The notes under the pieces were generated by a model. That model had not been told where the DNA came from. It saw only the letters and a list, made by a program, of their open reading frames with translations, and ran no database searches. A program made the position numbers and the translations under genes. From a virus (Duplodnaviria; Caudoviricetes), in IMG/VR virus record IMGVR_UViG_3300049046_000063, positions 1 to 56,014 of that record: 56,014 bases of DNA; one strand, 5' to 3'. Each line of letters opens with the position of its first letter. Position 1 is the stretch's first letter. Shown piece by piece: positions 48,101 through 56,012 of this stretch.

Positions 48101-50758
48101 ATGTTTGATCCTGTCTCACTCGGGGTAAACCTCGGCATCTCCATTATCAGCGCCTCGATCACCGCCAGGGCGCACCGGCTGAAGTCTGTCTCGCAGTTTC
48201 AGAGACCGACAGCTTCAGAGTCGCGAAAGCTTCCGTACATCGCCGGCACAGTTCTACACAAGTCTGCAAATCTCGTTTGGTGGGGCGACTTCAAACGCTC
48301 ATCCGTCAATCTTGATCTCCCCGGTCCATCATGGGTTTGGGGGCCGGTTGCCTTGGCTCTGCAAAGTCTTCCCTTTGGCTATCGCTATTACATTGGAATG
48401 GCTTTCGCTCTTAGTCACGGCGGTGACGATGTAGGCGGTTTTGAATCCAGCTACTCGCTGCAGGAGATCCGGGTTGGAGGAAAAACTGTCTGGTCGGGCA
48501 CGGTTGGCAATTCCGGAGCTTTTACCGTCGAAGCGCCGGGCAAATTCGGTAATGAAGGCGGTGTGTACGCTACCGGAAGATTCGAGCGCGGCGCCGGATC
48601 CTCACAAGCCAGAAACACTTATCTTGATGGTCAAGTCACCAACACGCCAGCCTATCAGAACACCGCAATGGTGTACTGGCATGGTCCTTCGGTCGGTGCG
48701 GCAGCGTTAGGCAAAATTAAATACTCCGGCTACGTCAGCCGCAGTGCTTATATAAAACCCTTCGCGTTTCGTGTTAAGCGACTGCCGTGGGCTATTCAGC
48801 CGCTCGGCTACTTCCCCAACGTGGGGACTGATGACGCTAACCCAGCTCATGTTATTTGGGACCTGCTGACGTCGAACACCTACGGAGCCGGCATCCCGGC
48901 AGCGCAACTTGATTTTGGGTCTTTCAACACTACCGCTTTGCAGTTGCGAGATACTGACGGTATCGGCTGTTCATTCTTGTGGGACACGGATGACGAGGTT
49001 TTACAGATCGTGCAGGCGCTCGTTGACCTCGGCGATCTGGCCCTATACACAGATCCTTCAGACGGAAAGATTCACCTTGATCGGATTCGCGAATACACCG
49101 GCTCTGTCTCGGCTCTCACGCTCTTCGATGAAACGAATTCCACGGTCTTACGCTACGGCACCAGACCGCCGGATAAAGTCGCGAATGAAATAAAGATTAA
49201 GTACACGGATATTGCCGCCGGCTTTGTCGAACGATCAGCCGAATGGCGCTCGATCGCAATGAGGCGAGTCGGGGATAACCGCGAGCCTCTGACGATTCAG
49301 CACCTTGGCATATCGAATGCCGCAGTTGCGCAGAAGATAGCCAGCAGAGACGGACTTGCCTACGCCCTGCCGTTGAAAGAAATCATCCTGCGCACGAACC
49401 GCGACGGCTGGGACAAAGTACCAGGCGAACCAGTGAGATTTTCATGGGCTGACTACGGGGTCACCGATATGGTTTGCCGCGTTGCACATGTTGACCGTGG
49501 CAATGCGACTGATGGCATGTGCGAAGTCACGCTTGTCGAGGACAGGTTCCGCTACGGTCAGTCAGTCTTTGGTGAAGCGACTGTTTCATCGTTTGAAGAA
49601 ACGCGGCCGGACGTCCCGGTTGACTCTGGCGTCCAAAACGTTCTTGGCACGGTTACAACTCTGCCAGGCTCACCATCAACAGGCGATAGCTACATGCTCT
49701 CTGCTTCCAACGTTGACGCGCCAAACGGCCTTGCAACGTGGAATGGTACTGAGTGGGTCTATCGTGAAGAAGACGATCTTCAGAATACCGTTGTTTATGA
49801 CACCGATGCCGAAGAGTGGAGTCAGCATGACGGATCCGGGTGGACCTCTTTCAACCTCAACGTAATTCAAGAAGTACAAGACGAGGGAGTTGCGGTCACG
49901 GCGCGCAGCAAGATCAACTTTATCGGCACCTCAGTCACCGCGGCAGACGATGCGGGCAACGCGCGCACCAACGTCACTGTACAGGCTTACAACCGAGTCC
50001 AGGATGAGGGATCGGATGTCACTCAACGCGACAAGTTAAATTTCATCGGTTCCGCCGTCTCGGTTGCTGATGATGCGGGTAATGGACGGACCAACGTAAC
50101 CATCACCACCTCAACTCCGGACTTCGACTACAAAAACAGCGTCCGTGCGGCCTCTACGGCTGACGTGACTGTCAGTTCTGCACCAGTCGCGATAGATGGC
50201 GTTACGCTCGCGAGCACCGATCGCGTTCTTCTCAAAAACCAGTCAACCGGATCTCAAAACGGGATCTACGTTTTCAACGGCGCCGGCTCCGCGCTCACGC
50301 GCGCCACTGATGCTGATACCTCCGCGGAAGTAACTGCCGGGATGCTTGTTCCGGTTTCCGAAGGAACGACCAACGCCGATACGTTCTGGTTACTCACCAC
50401 TAACGATCCGATCACTCTTGGCACTACAGCGCTTGTGTTCGCACAGTTCGGAGCCTCCTCCGGCGTCAGCGACGGGGATAAGGGCGACATTGTTGTATCA
50501 GGTTCCGGCGCAACATGGACCATTGATACCGATGCGGTCACGTATTCAAAGATGCAAGATGTTAGTGCCGCGTCGCGAATACTCGGAAGAGGATCTGCCG
50601 GAGGTTCTGGAAACGTGCAGGAACTCACCGTCGGACCAGGCTTTTCAATTATCGGAACGGAAATCCGCGTCGATGGATCAGGCGGAGGCGGAACGACCAT
50701 CGTCCAAACGGCCCTTGGCTTAATCGAAATGATCCGCGGGACCAACTACCAACCTTAA
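48101..50758 (+). CDS. Tail tip/central fibre protein with C-terminal fibre modules
   Basis: PTA.E.R.LP...GTV, DANPAH...DLLT; duplicated VQDEG..VT.R.K.NFIG repeat; K.SVRAAST...DRVLLKNQ....QNGIY module. Confidence 0.88.
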   Translation: MFDPVSLGVNLGISIISASITARAHRLKSVSQFQRPTASESRKLPYIAGTVLHKSANLVWWGDFKRSSVNLDLPGPSWVWGPVALALQSLPFGYRYYIGMAFALSHGGDDVGGFESSYSLQEIRVGGKTVWSGTVGNSGAFTVEAPGKFGNEGGVYATGRFERGAGSSQARNTYLDGQVTNTPAYQNTAMVYWHGPSVGAAALGKIKYSGYVSRSAYIKPFAFRVKRLPWAIQPLGYFPNVGTDDANPAHVIWDLLTSNTYGAGIPAAQLDFGSFNTTALQLRDTDGIGCSFLWDTDDEVLQIVQALVDLGDLALYTDPSDGKIHLDRIREYTGSVSALTLFDETNSTVLRYGTRPPDKVANEIKIKYTDIAAGFVERSAEWRSIAMRRVGDNREPLTIQHLGISNAAVAQKIASRDGLAYALPLKEIILRTNRDGWDKVPGEPVRFSWADYGVTDMVCRVAHVDRGNATDGMCEVTLVEDRFRYGQSVFGEATVSSFEETRPDVPVDSGVQNVLGTVTTLPGSPSTGDSYMLSASNVDAPNGLATWNGTEWVYREEDDLQNTVVYDTDAEEWSQHDGSGWTSFNLNVIQEVQDEGVAVTARSKINFIGTSVTAADDAGNARTNVTVQAYNRVQDEGSDVTQRDKLNFIGSAVSVADDAGNGRTNVTITTSTPDFDYKNSVRAASTADVTVSSAPVAIDGVTLASTDRVLLKNQSTGSQNGIYVFNGAGSALTRATDADTSAEVTAGMLVPVSEGTTNADTFWLLTTNDPITLGTTALVFAQFGASSGVSDGDKGDIVVSGSGATWTIDTDAVTYSKMQDVSAASRILGRGSAGGSGNVQELTVGPGFSIIGTEIRVDGSGGGGTTIVQTALGLIEMIRGTNYQP

Positions 50759-50782
50759 AAAACAAGAAACTCGAGATAAGAG

Positions 50783-51235
50783 ATGCCAGCAAACACAGCC
50801 CCTATTTTTTCTGTTACCCCGAACGTTACGTCGGTCACGATCACTACTACCGCAGCAAGCGCTAAATCCAATGGCGCGGGCACGGTGGGCACCGACATGT
50901 TCAAAGCATTCACGGCAGGGGCGAACGGCAGTTTCGTACAACGACTGCGCTTTATGTCCGTGGCCTCAGCCGCCGCGGTTACCGGAGTCGCGACGGTGTT
51001 GCGCATTTTTCTGAGTACAGTTGGCTCAGGATCGACAACGGCGGCCGATACATTTCTTTTTGCTGAAGTATCAGTGCCTGCGATCTCATCCGGTCACTCG
51101 ACCAACGCGACTAACTTTTATGATGTTCCGCTCAACATTCCTATCCCCTCGGGAATGTTTATTCACGTCTCACAACACGCGGCACAAACAACAAACCAGA
51201 ACTGGATCGCGACCGTGTTCGGTGGGGATTACTAA
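50783..51235 (+). CDS. Tail-associated structural protein
   Basis: MPANTAPIF..TP N-terminus; position after the tail tip gene. Confidence 0.65.
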   Translation: MPANTAPIFSVTPNVTSVTITTTAASAKSNGAGTVGTDMFKAFTAGANGSFVQRLRFMSVASAAAVTGVATVLRIFLSTVGSGSTTAADTFLFAEVSVPAISSGHSTNATNFYDVPLNIPIPSGMFIHVSQHAAQTTNQNWIATVFGGDY

Positions 51236-51240
51236 AAAGC

Positions 51241-52167
51241 GTGCACCTTCCAACTCCGATCGACATGATGCACTTGCCTGCTTTGCAACGAGCAGACGTA
51301 CAAGTGTTCACGACCGACAATCGAAACCTCAACTGGCAGTCATGGGTTAAACCGCGCGGGATTACAATGTGCTTCATGTTTGTCGTTTCTGGCGGTGGTG
51401 GTGGTGGTGGTGGTTGTACCAGGGTAGCAGGAAACGCGGGCGGCGGCGGTGGTGGTGGTGCTGGAGGTGCATCTACTCGACTGCTGCTCCCTGCATATTT
51501 CCTTCCGGATGAGTTATACATTCAGATCGGCCTTGGCGGTCCGGGCGGCGCTCCCGGCGCTCTCGCGGGTAACGGGACAAACGGCGGCGACACGGCAATC
51601 TCACTCGGACGTAGTAATGCGTCACCTAATGTCATCCTCGCCACAAACAGCGGCACGGCGGCCGGGGGAACCGGAGGTAATACCGGCGCAGGCGGCGGCG
51701 GTGGCAGTGCGCCATCAGCGCCAAACGCCACAGCTCGAGCAACGTGGGGCTTTGTAGGCTCAGTAGCGGGAATCGCTGGCGGAAGTGGCGGCGCTCAGAC
51801 CGGAGCGATAGGCTCTGCTGTTTCTACTGTTTGGAATGCAACATTGATTAGTGGCGGTGCTGGCGGTGCTGGCTGTACGTCGAGCGACTTCGCCGGCGGT
51901 GCAATTACACTTCAGGGAACACCGGACTTTTCGGCAACATCATTGACCGGCGGTGCAGCAGGCGGTGGCGATGGCAGTGCGGGAATTCAACTCTGGCAGC
52001 CGTTACTTATGACTGGTGGCTCGGGTGGTGGATCAAACAACTCTGGAGTCGCTGGGAACGGCGGCAAGGGTGGTATCGGCTGTGGCGGCGGTGGCGGTGG
52101 CGCGGGAGCCACTGGCGGTCGCGGAGGCGATGGCGGCAACGGAATGGCCGTAATTATTAGCTGGTAA
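51241..52167 (+). CDS. Glycine-rich tail fibre-associated protein
   Basis: W.KP.G.......GGGGGGGG and terminal GG.GG.G...IISW. Confidence 0.75.
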   Translation: MHLPTPIDMMHLPALQRADVQVFTTDNRNLNWQSWVKPRGITMCFMFVVSGGGGGGGGCTRVAGNAGGGGGGGAGGASTRLLLPAYFLPDELYIQIGLGGPGGAPGALAGNGTNGGDTAISLGRSNASPNVILATNSGTAAGGTGGNTGAGGGGGSAPSAPNATARATWGFVGSVAGIAGGSGGAQTGAIGSAVSTVWNATLISGGAGGAGCTSSDFAGGAITLQGTPDFSATSLTGGAAGGGDGSAGIQLWQPLLMTGGSGGGSNNSGVAGNGGKGGIGCGGGGGGAGATGGRGGDGGNGMAVIISW

Positions 52168-52302
52168 TTAAAACTCGCGCCCACTCCCCCAAACCATGCG
52201 GCATGTCCCGGAGATAGGCTCAATGCAGATAAGCCATATAAAAAGGACAAGCTTCAACCCGCAGACTTGAAAAGTGGGCGCGGCGCGAGAGCGAGAGCGG
52301 CG

Positions 52303-52464
52303 CTAGCTTGCGTTAGTAGCGTTTAGCAGACGGGTAACGAGATTCGCCCCCCAAGTGCTCTGACTTCCATAAACAGCGATTGCCACAACTGCAATCAATC
52401 CGGCAATCATCGCGTACTCGAGGGTCTCCATGCCGCTCTCATCCTGTAAGAATTTCTTGATCAT
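52303..52464 (-). CDS. flp: Flp (type IVc/Tad) pilin 2 (not in ORF track)
   Basis: MIKKFLQDESG^METLEYAMIAGLIAVVAIAVYGSQSTWGANLVTRLLNATNAS has the G^xxxxEY prepilin motif. Confidence 0.9.
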   Translation of the reverse strand: MIKKFLQDESGMETLEYAMIAGLIAVVAIAVYGSQSTWGANLVTRLLNATNAS

Positions 52465-52516
52465 GATCCACTTTCTCTCTTTCTGAAATTGAGTTAAACC
52501 GAGTGGGAAGCGTTAG

Positions 52517-52532
52517 AGCAACGATCATGCCA
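52517..52532 (-). promoter_or_regulatory. Sigma54 -24/-12 promoter upstream of pilin 2
   Basis: TGGCATGATCGTTGCT matches TGGCAC-N5-TTGCW with correct GG-N10-GC spacing. Confidence 0.75.
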
Positions 52533-52618
52533 TGTGGAAATACCCAGGAAAATGCAGAGTCGCGCAAGCCCTGCTCAGGGATGGTGAGCGCCAGCGAGCA
52601 GTTGTTGTAATTCGCCGC

Positions 52619-52650
52619 AAAAAGGCGGTCAACCGAAGCTGACCGCCTTA
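52619..52650 (-). terminator. Intrinsic terminator after pilin 1
   Basis: AAGGCGGTCA...TGACCGCCTT stem with a T-run on the minus strand. Confidence 0.75.
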
Positions 52651-52679
52651 GCCCAAACGGACGCACAACGCCCAGGGAT

Positions 52680-52874
52680 TTATAACCCGGCCCCGCTTAT
52701 GTCCGCGCTCGCCGCGCTCACGAGCTTGTCCTTAATCGCTTGGCCCCAGCCGCTACCGTAAACCGCAACGGCCACGATCGCGACGATCCCCGCGATAATC
52801 GCGTACTCAATTGTCTCAATTCCCGACTCGTCTTTAAGGAAGACAGTGATTGGTCGTAGTATGTGTTTAGACAT
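52680..52874 (-). CDS. flp: Flp (type IVc/Tad) pilin 1
   Basis: FLKDESG^IETIEYAIIAGIVAIVAVAV; AGGAG RBS. Confidence 0.92.
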   Translation of the reverse strand: MSKHILRPITVFLKDESGIETIEYAIIAGIVAIVAVAVYGSGWGQAIKDKLVSAASADISGAGL

Positions 52875-52953
52875 CTTTCTTCTCCTATTCAGAAGTTGGT
52901 GTTTAGGCTCGGTAGGGTGTTGATAGCACCTTGGCGGGCCGCTTTATTGAACG

Positions 52954-53000
52954 ATGCCAATGGTATCAAACTATACCAATGGCGTCAAGCGTGTTATTAT
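52954..53000. promoter_or_regulatory. Divergent pilin 1 and XRE promoters with two operators
   Basis: Minus-strand TTGACG(52988-52983)-17bp-TACCAT; plus-strand extended -10 TGnTATTAT; quasi-palindromes ATGCCAATGGTAT (52954) and ATACCAATGGCGT (52973). Confidence 0.75.
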
Positions 53001-53006
53001 CGCCGC

Positions 53007-53192
53007 GTGGATGGAGACGAACTCAAAGCCTTTCGCGCCAAGGTTGAGATCACGCAGCAGGAATTAGCTGAAGCTCTTGGTGTTGACCGGAACACTATCG
53101 CTCGGTGGGAGCGTAACGAGCGGGCAATCCCGCCCTTTCTTCACTTGGCTCTTCAAACTCTCGAACGACAGAAGAAGTCCTCCAAAAAGTAA
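53007..53192 (+). CDS. XRE-family HTH regulator (probably leaderless GTG start)
   Basis: LK.FR....ITQQELAEALGVDRNTIARWER. Confidence 0.88.
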   Translation: MDGDELKAFRAKVEITQQELAEALGVDRNTIARWERNERAIPPFLHLALQTLERQKKSSKK

Positions 53193-53407
53193 AGACCGCC
53201 AGCCCCGACGCTGACGGTCTCAAAGGATTTCCACCCGGTAACGAAGGATTCACTTTTTCTTGCCTGTCGGCTTTGCTTTCGCCTTCGGCTTTGTAGTGGT
53301 CTTCGTTGACAGTGTCTGAATTCTGTGTGTATGCTGCGCCTAGTTATTTGAAGGCAGGGCGGGCATCGTTCCTTGCCAGTCATGAACAGATGGACCACGC
53401 ACCAACG

Positions 53408-53793
53408 GATGCGCATCGCAACGGCGAATGCGAACTAGATCAGACGATCCCGGCTCTAGGCAGTATAAGCCATCTCTAGGTAGCAATAGGCGTCTCCAGA
53501 TAACATCTAGACATTGTCTAGACAAGTTTTTTCTAGATTTTTCTAGAAAATCTTTACGCGCACAAGTGTATATCTGTATACACTTTAGCGTTCGCTACGC
53601 CGAACAGAGGCCGTTAGCATTGCTAACAATGTGCGCACGTTTTAGTTGACAAAGGTGTCCTTTAAGGATACTTAAGGTGCTTAAGGTTGCAACCAAACGC
53701 AATCAGATGCAACCAAATGCAACTTGGCGCAATCTATCGCAACTTGCGACAAGTTGTCGCAATCTGCGGCAACCTTGCTGCGAGTCGCAGCAA
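53408..53793. repeat. Non-coding array of diverse palindromes and phased direct repeats
   Basis: TCTAGA x4, AAGTGTATA-N4-TATACACTT, GTTAGCA-T-TGCTAAC, GTGCGCAC, TTAAGG x3, GCAA every 10 bp (8 of 9 units exact). Confidence 0.85.
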
Positions 53794-53817
53794 ATGGGTA
53801 GCAACAAGACTTTTGAC

Positions 53818-53851
53818 AAAAGAAAGGGGCCGGTCTTAAAGACCCGACCCC
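53818..53851 (-). terminator. Intrinsic terminator after the small peptide gene
   Basis: GGGGTCGGGTCTTTAAGACCGGCCCC followed by TTTCTTTT. Confidence 0.75.
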
Positions 53852-53873
53852 AGCATGATGTAGGGCCGAAGCC

Positions 53874-53954
53874 CTATATCGGAACCAACAGGATGGCGAT
53901 CACTCCGTCCGTAACGTAGATGATCATCACCCAGCCTCGTGGAACGTAACGCAT
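53874..53954 (-). CDS. 26-aa hydrophobic peptide, type I toxin-like (not in ORF track)
   Basis: AAGGAGGT RBS; MRYVPRGWVMIIYVTDGVIAILLVPI; structured leader. Confidence 0.65.
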   Translation of the reverse strand: MRYVPRGWVMIIYVTDGVIAILLVPI

Positions 53955-54134
53955 AGACGTTACCTCCTTTTCAAGATACGCCTCAAGTTGCTGGTAACAA
54001 CTTGGGGCGTTTCCCGTTTACATAGCAAACGGAAACCTTGTGGGGAGCGAAGACACCCCGTTGTGAGAACGCAGAGATACTAACACGCGCTAAAGAGCGT
54101 ATTGCAAGCGGAAACCGTTTTACAAAGAACTTTT

Positions 54135-54317
54135 TTATTTCGCTCGCGCTTTCTTTGATTGGCCTTTAACTCTCGCCCAGCGCGCCTTGACAGCGTTTCT
54201 AGCGCTCTCACTACGTTCTTCTGCGGTCATGCTGGCCGCTCTCGCAGGCCCGCCCTTCAAACCGCCTCTACGCCCTAAAGCCACAGCGGCAGGGTTCTTC
54301 TTTTGTATGTTCGGCAT
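54135..54317 (-). CDS. Small basic KNPAAVALGRRGGLKGG protein, probable regulator of the adjacent DDE gene
   Basis: KGG-like motif; divergent from the transposase; ATG lies 6 nt after a -10 box (leaderless). Confidence 0.75.
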   Translation of the reverse strand: MPNIQKKNPAAVALGRRGGLKGGPARAASMTAEERSESARNAVKARWARVKGQSKKARAK

Positions 54318-54323
54318 GCGCTG

Positions 54324-54399
54324 AATATACGTGACCGCTCACGAAAAGTCTACCGCTATTTGCTTGACGATACGTGAGCGGTCACGTATAATCGTGAGC
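54324..54399. promoter_or_regulatory. Back-to-back promoters, each with a CGTGA(G/C)CG(G/C)TCACG operator in its spacer
   Basis: Plus strand TTGACG(54364)-17-TATAAT(54387); minus strand TAGACT-17-TATATT; operators at 54330-54343 and 54373-54386. Confidence 0.82.
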
Positions 54400-54519
54400 A
54401 TTGAAAAGGCCCTACCAGCGCTAACTGATAAGGCCCCTTTGAAAACAAACGCGATTGCTCACGTCTGAGTCCAAGCAGCCTGATTTTGAGCCAATCGCCC
54501 ACGAAAGGCAAGGCTCAAA

Positions 54520-55470
54520 ATGACCTGTCACAACTGCAAGATTGCTGCCGCCAAGTTTGGCAAAGACCGCTACGGTAATCAGCGTTACAAGTGCAAGCAA
54601 TGTCGAAAGACGTTTCAGGAAATCAAAGACAAGATGCTGGGCACGATGTATCTGCCCGAAGCAAAGGCGCTCATGGTCCTACACATGCTTGTCGAGGGTA
54701 ATTCTATCCGCTCAATCGAGCGTCTGACTGGCGTCAACCGAAACACGATTATGAGTTTGTTGGTACTCGCCGGTGAGAAGTGCGAGCGCGTAATGGATAC
54801 CTATCTCCGCAAGGTTCACGTTCAAGACGTACAGGCAGATGAGATCTGGAACTTTGTCGGCATGAAAGAAAAGACGAAAGTGCGCAAGGGTTACGCCAGC
54901 GACTATCTAGGCGACGCATACACCTATGTCGCCTTCGAGCGAAACACTAAACTCGTAATTACTTGGCACCTTGGCCGACGCACAGCCGCTCATACCTTCG
55001 CATTTACTGAGAAGCTATTTAACGCCGTGGACGGAACGACTAATCGCTTTCAGATGACAACCGATGGTCTAGCAAGCTATCCCGACGCGATCAACTGCTC
55101 GCTAGGAATGCGAACGGACTACGCGACTTTGGTCAAAGTTTACGGCGCGCCCGAAGATGACGATCACAAATACTCGCCCAGCAAGATTAAGGAAATAATA
55201 CCAACGCCCTTTTGGGGCAATCCTAATCCTGAAAAAATCTGCACGTCGCACGTTGAAAGGCAGAACCTCAATATCAGAATGGCAATGCGTAGATTCACGC
55301 GGCTGACTAATGGCTTTTCTAAGAAGTGGGAAAATCTGAAAGCTGCGCTCGCGCTATACTTCGCGTACTACAATTTTTGCCGCATTCATTCGAGTATCCG
55401 TTGCACTCCGGCAATGGAAAGCGGAATCACAAAAAGTGTGTGGACGTTGAAAGACTTGCTCGCCGCATAA
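54520..55470 (+). CDS. IS1-family DDE transposase, single ORF
   Basis: Zn ribbon CHNC..QRY.CKQC, HTH EGNSIRSIERL, DE.W / TDG / VER.N triad, RRFTRLTNGFSK. Confidence 0.9.
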   Translation: MTCHNCKIAAAKFGKDRYGNQRYKCKQCRKTFQEIKDKMLGTMYLPEAKALMVLHMLVEGNSIRSIERLTGVNRNTIMSLLVLAGEKCERVMDTYLRKVHVQDVQADEIWNFVGMKEKTKVRKGYASDYLGDAYTYVAFERNTKLVITWHLGRRTAAHTFAFTEKLFNAVDGTTNRFQMTTDGLASYPDAINCSLGMRTDYATLVKVYGAPEDDDHKYSPSKIKEIIPTPFWGNPNPEKICTSHVERQNLNIRMAMRRFTRLTNGFSKKWENLKAALALYFAYYNFCRIHSSIRCTPAMESGITKSVWTLKDLLAA

Positions 55471-55475
55471 AACCA

Positions 55476-55498
55476 AAGGGCCGACGAATCGGCCCTTT
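55476..55498. terminator. Hairpin between convergent genes
   Basis: AAAGGGCCGA-CGAA-TCGGCCCTTT. Confidence 0.7.
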
Positions 55499-55529
55499 CG
55501 GTTATCTCACTTCCAGTAACTAAGCGCTA

Positions 55530-55841
55530 TCAAAACTTGATGCCAAACTTCTTTAGCGCCTCTTCCTCTTCAAGTGTAAGTTTGCCGCCGACTACCTTAT
55601 GGTACATGTCGTGACATACTCCGTGAAACTCCGTATACGGAAACAAAATCTCAACGGCAAGAGCAAGTGCCGCCATAGCTTCGTCAATCATACGTGGCTC
55701 AACTCCGATGTGGCTCGCCAAGATCGTCAAGTTGATCGCGAGTTGAAGTGCTTCGCTGGGATGGCCTTTGTATGCGTCAAAGGCAATTTCCCAGTCTTCA
55801 TTATCTAGTGGTGGATTTCCAATGTTAGGATGATTTGGCAT
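55530..55841 (-). CDS. Hypothetical helical protein
   Basis: GAAAGGA RBS before MPNHP; leader hairpin at 55886-55917. Confidence 0.65.
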   Translation of the reverse strand: MPNHPNIGNPPLDNEDWEIAFDAYKGHPSEALQLAINLTILASHIGVEPRMIDEAMAALALAVEILFPYTEFHGVCHDMYHKVVGGKLTLEEEEALKKFGIKF

Positions 55842-55886
55842 GGTCGATTCCTTTCTGCTTAACGGTAGTAGGATTCGGCTGTGTAG

Positions 55887-56012
55887 GGCTGGCAAGTGCG
55901 CAAACACTTGTCGGCCCGCTCCGAAGTGGAGCGCATCCTAACACCGAAGAGACAGAGGGAAACCGACAAAGAGGCGTCAACACAGAATTAAGCCACTATC
56001 TCTTCGTTCCCT
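55887..56012. repeat. Direct terminal repeat, right copy
   Basis: Identical to 1-126. Confidence 0.9.

Noticed and set aside
51390-52140. GGT/GGC microsatellite-like runs
   Set aside because: They encode poly-Gly in the glycine-rich tail protein; triplet units would not cause phase variation.
48101-52167. Diversity-generating retroelement or invertible tail-fibre cassette
   Set aside because: No reverse transcriptase or invertase and no TR/VR pair seen; the duplication at ~49870-50100 is an in-frame protein repeat.
52924-52941. Second sigma54 promoter for pilin 1
   Set aside because: GG-to-GC spacing is 11 rather than 10 bp; a well-spaced sigma70-type promoter explains the locus.
53408-53800. 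CRISPR mini-array
   Set aside because: No constant 25-40 bp repeat with regular unique spacers, and no cas genes in the window.
53677-53919. 80-aa ORF over the GCAA tract (and 53428-53649)
   Set aside because: Low-information translation of 10-bp DNA repeats; the period is not a multiple of three and the ORF runs through a terminator.
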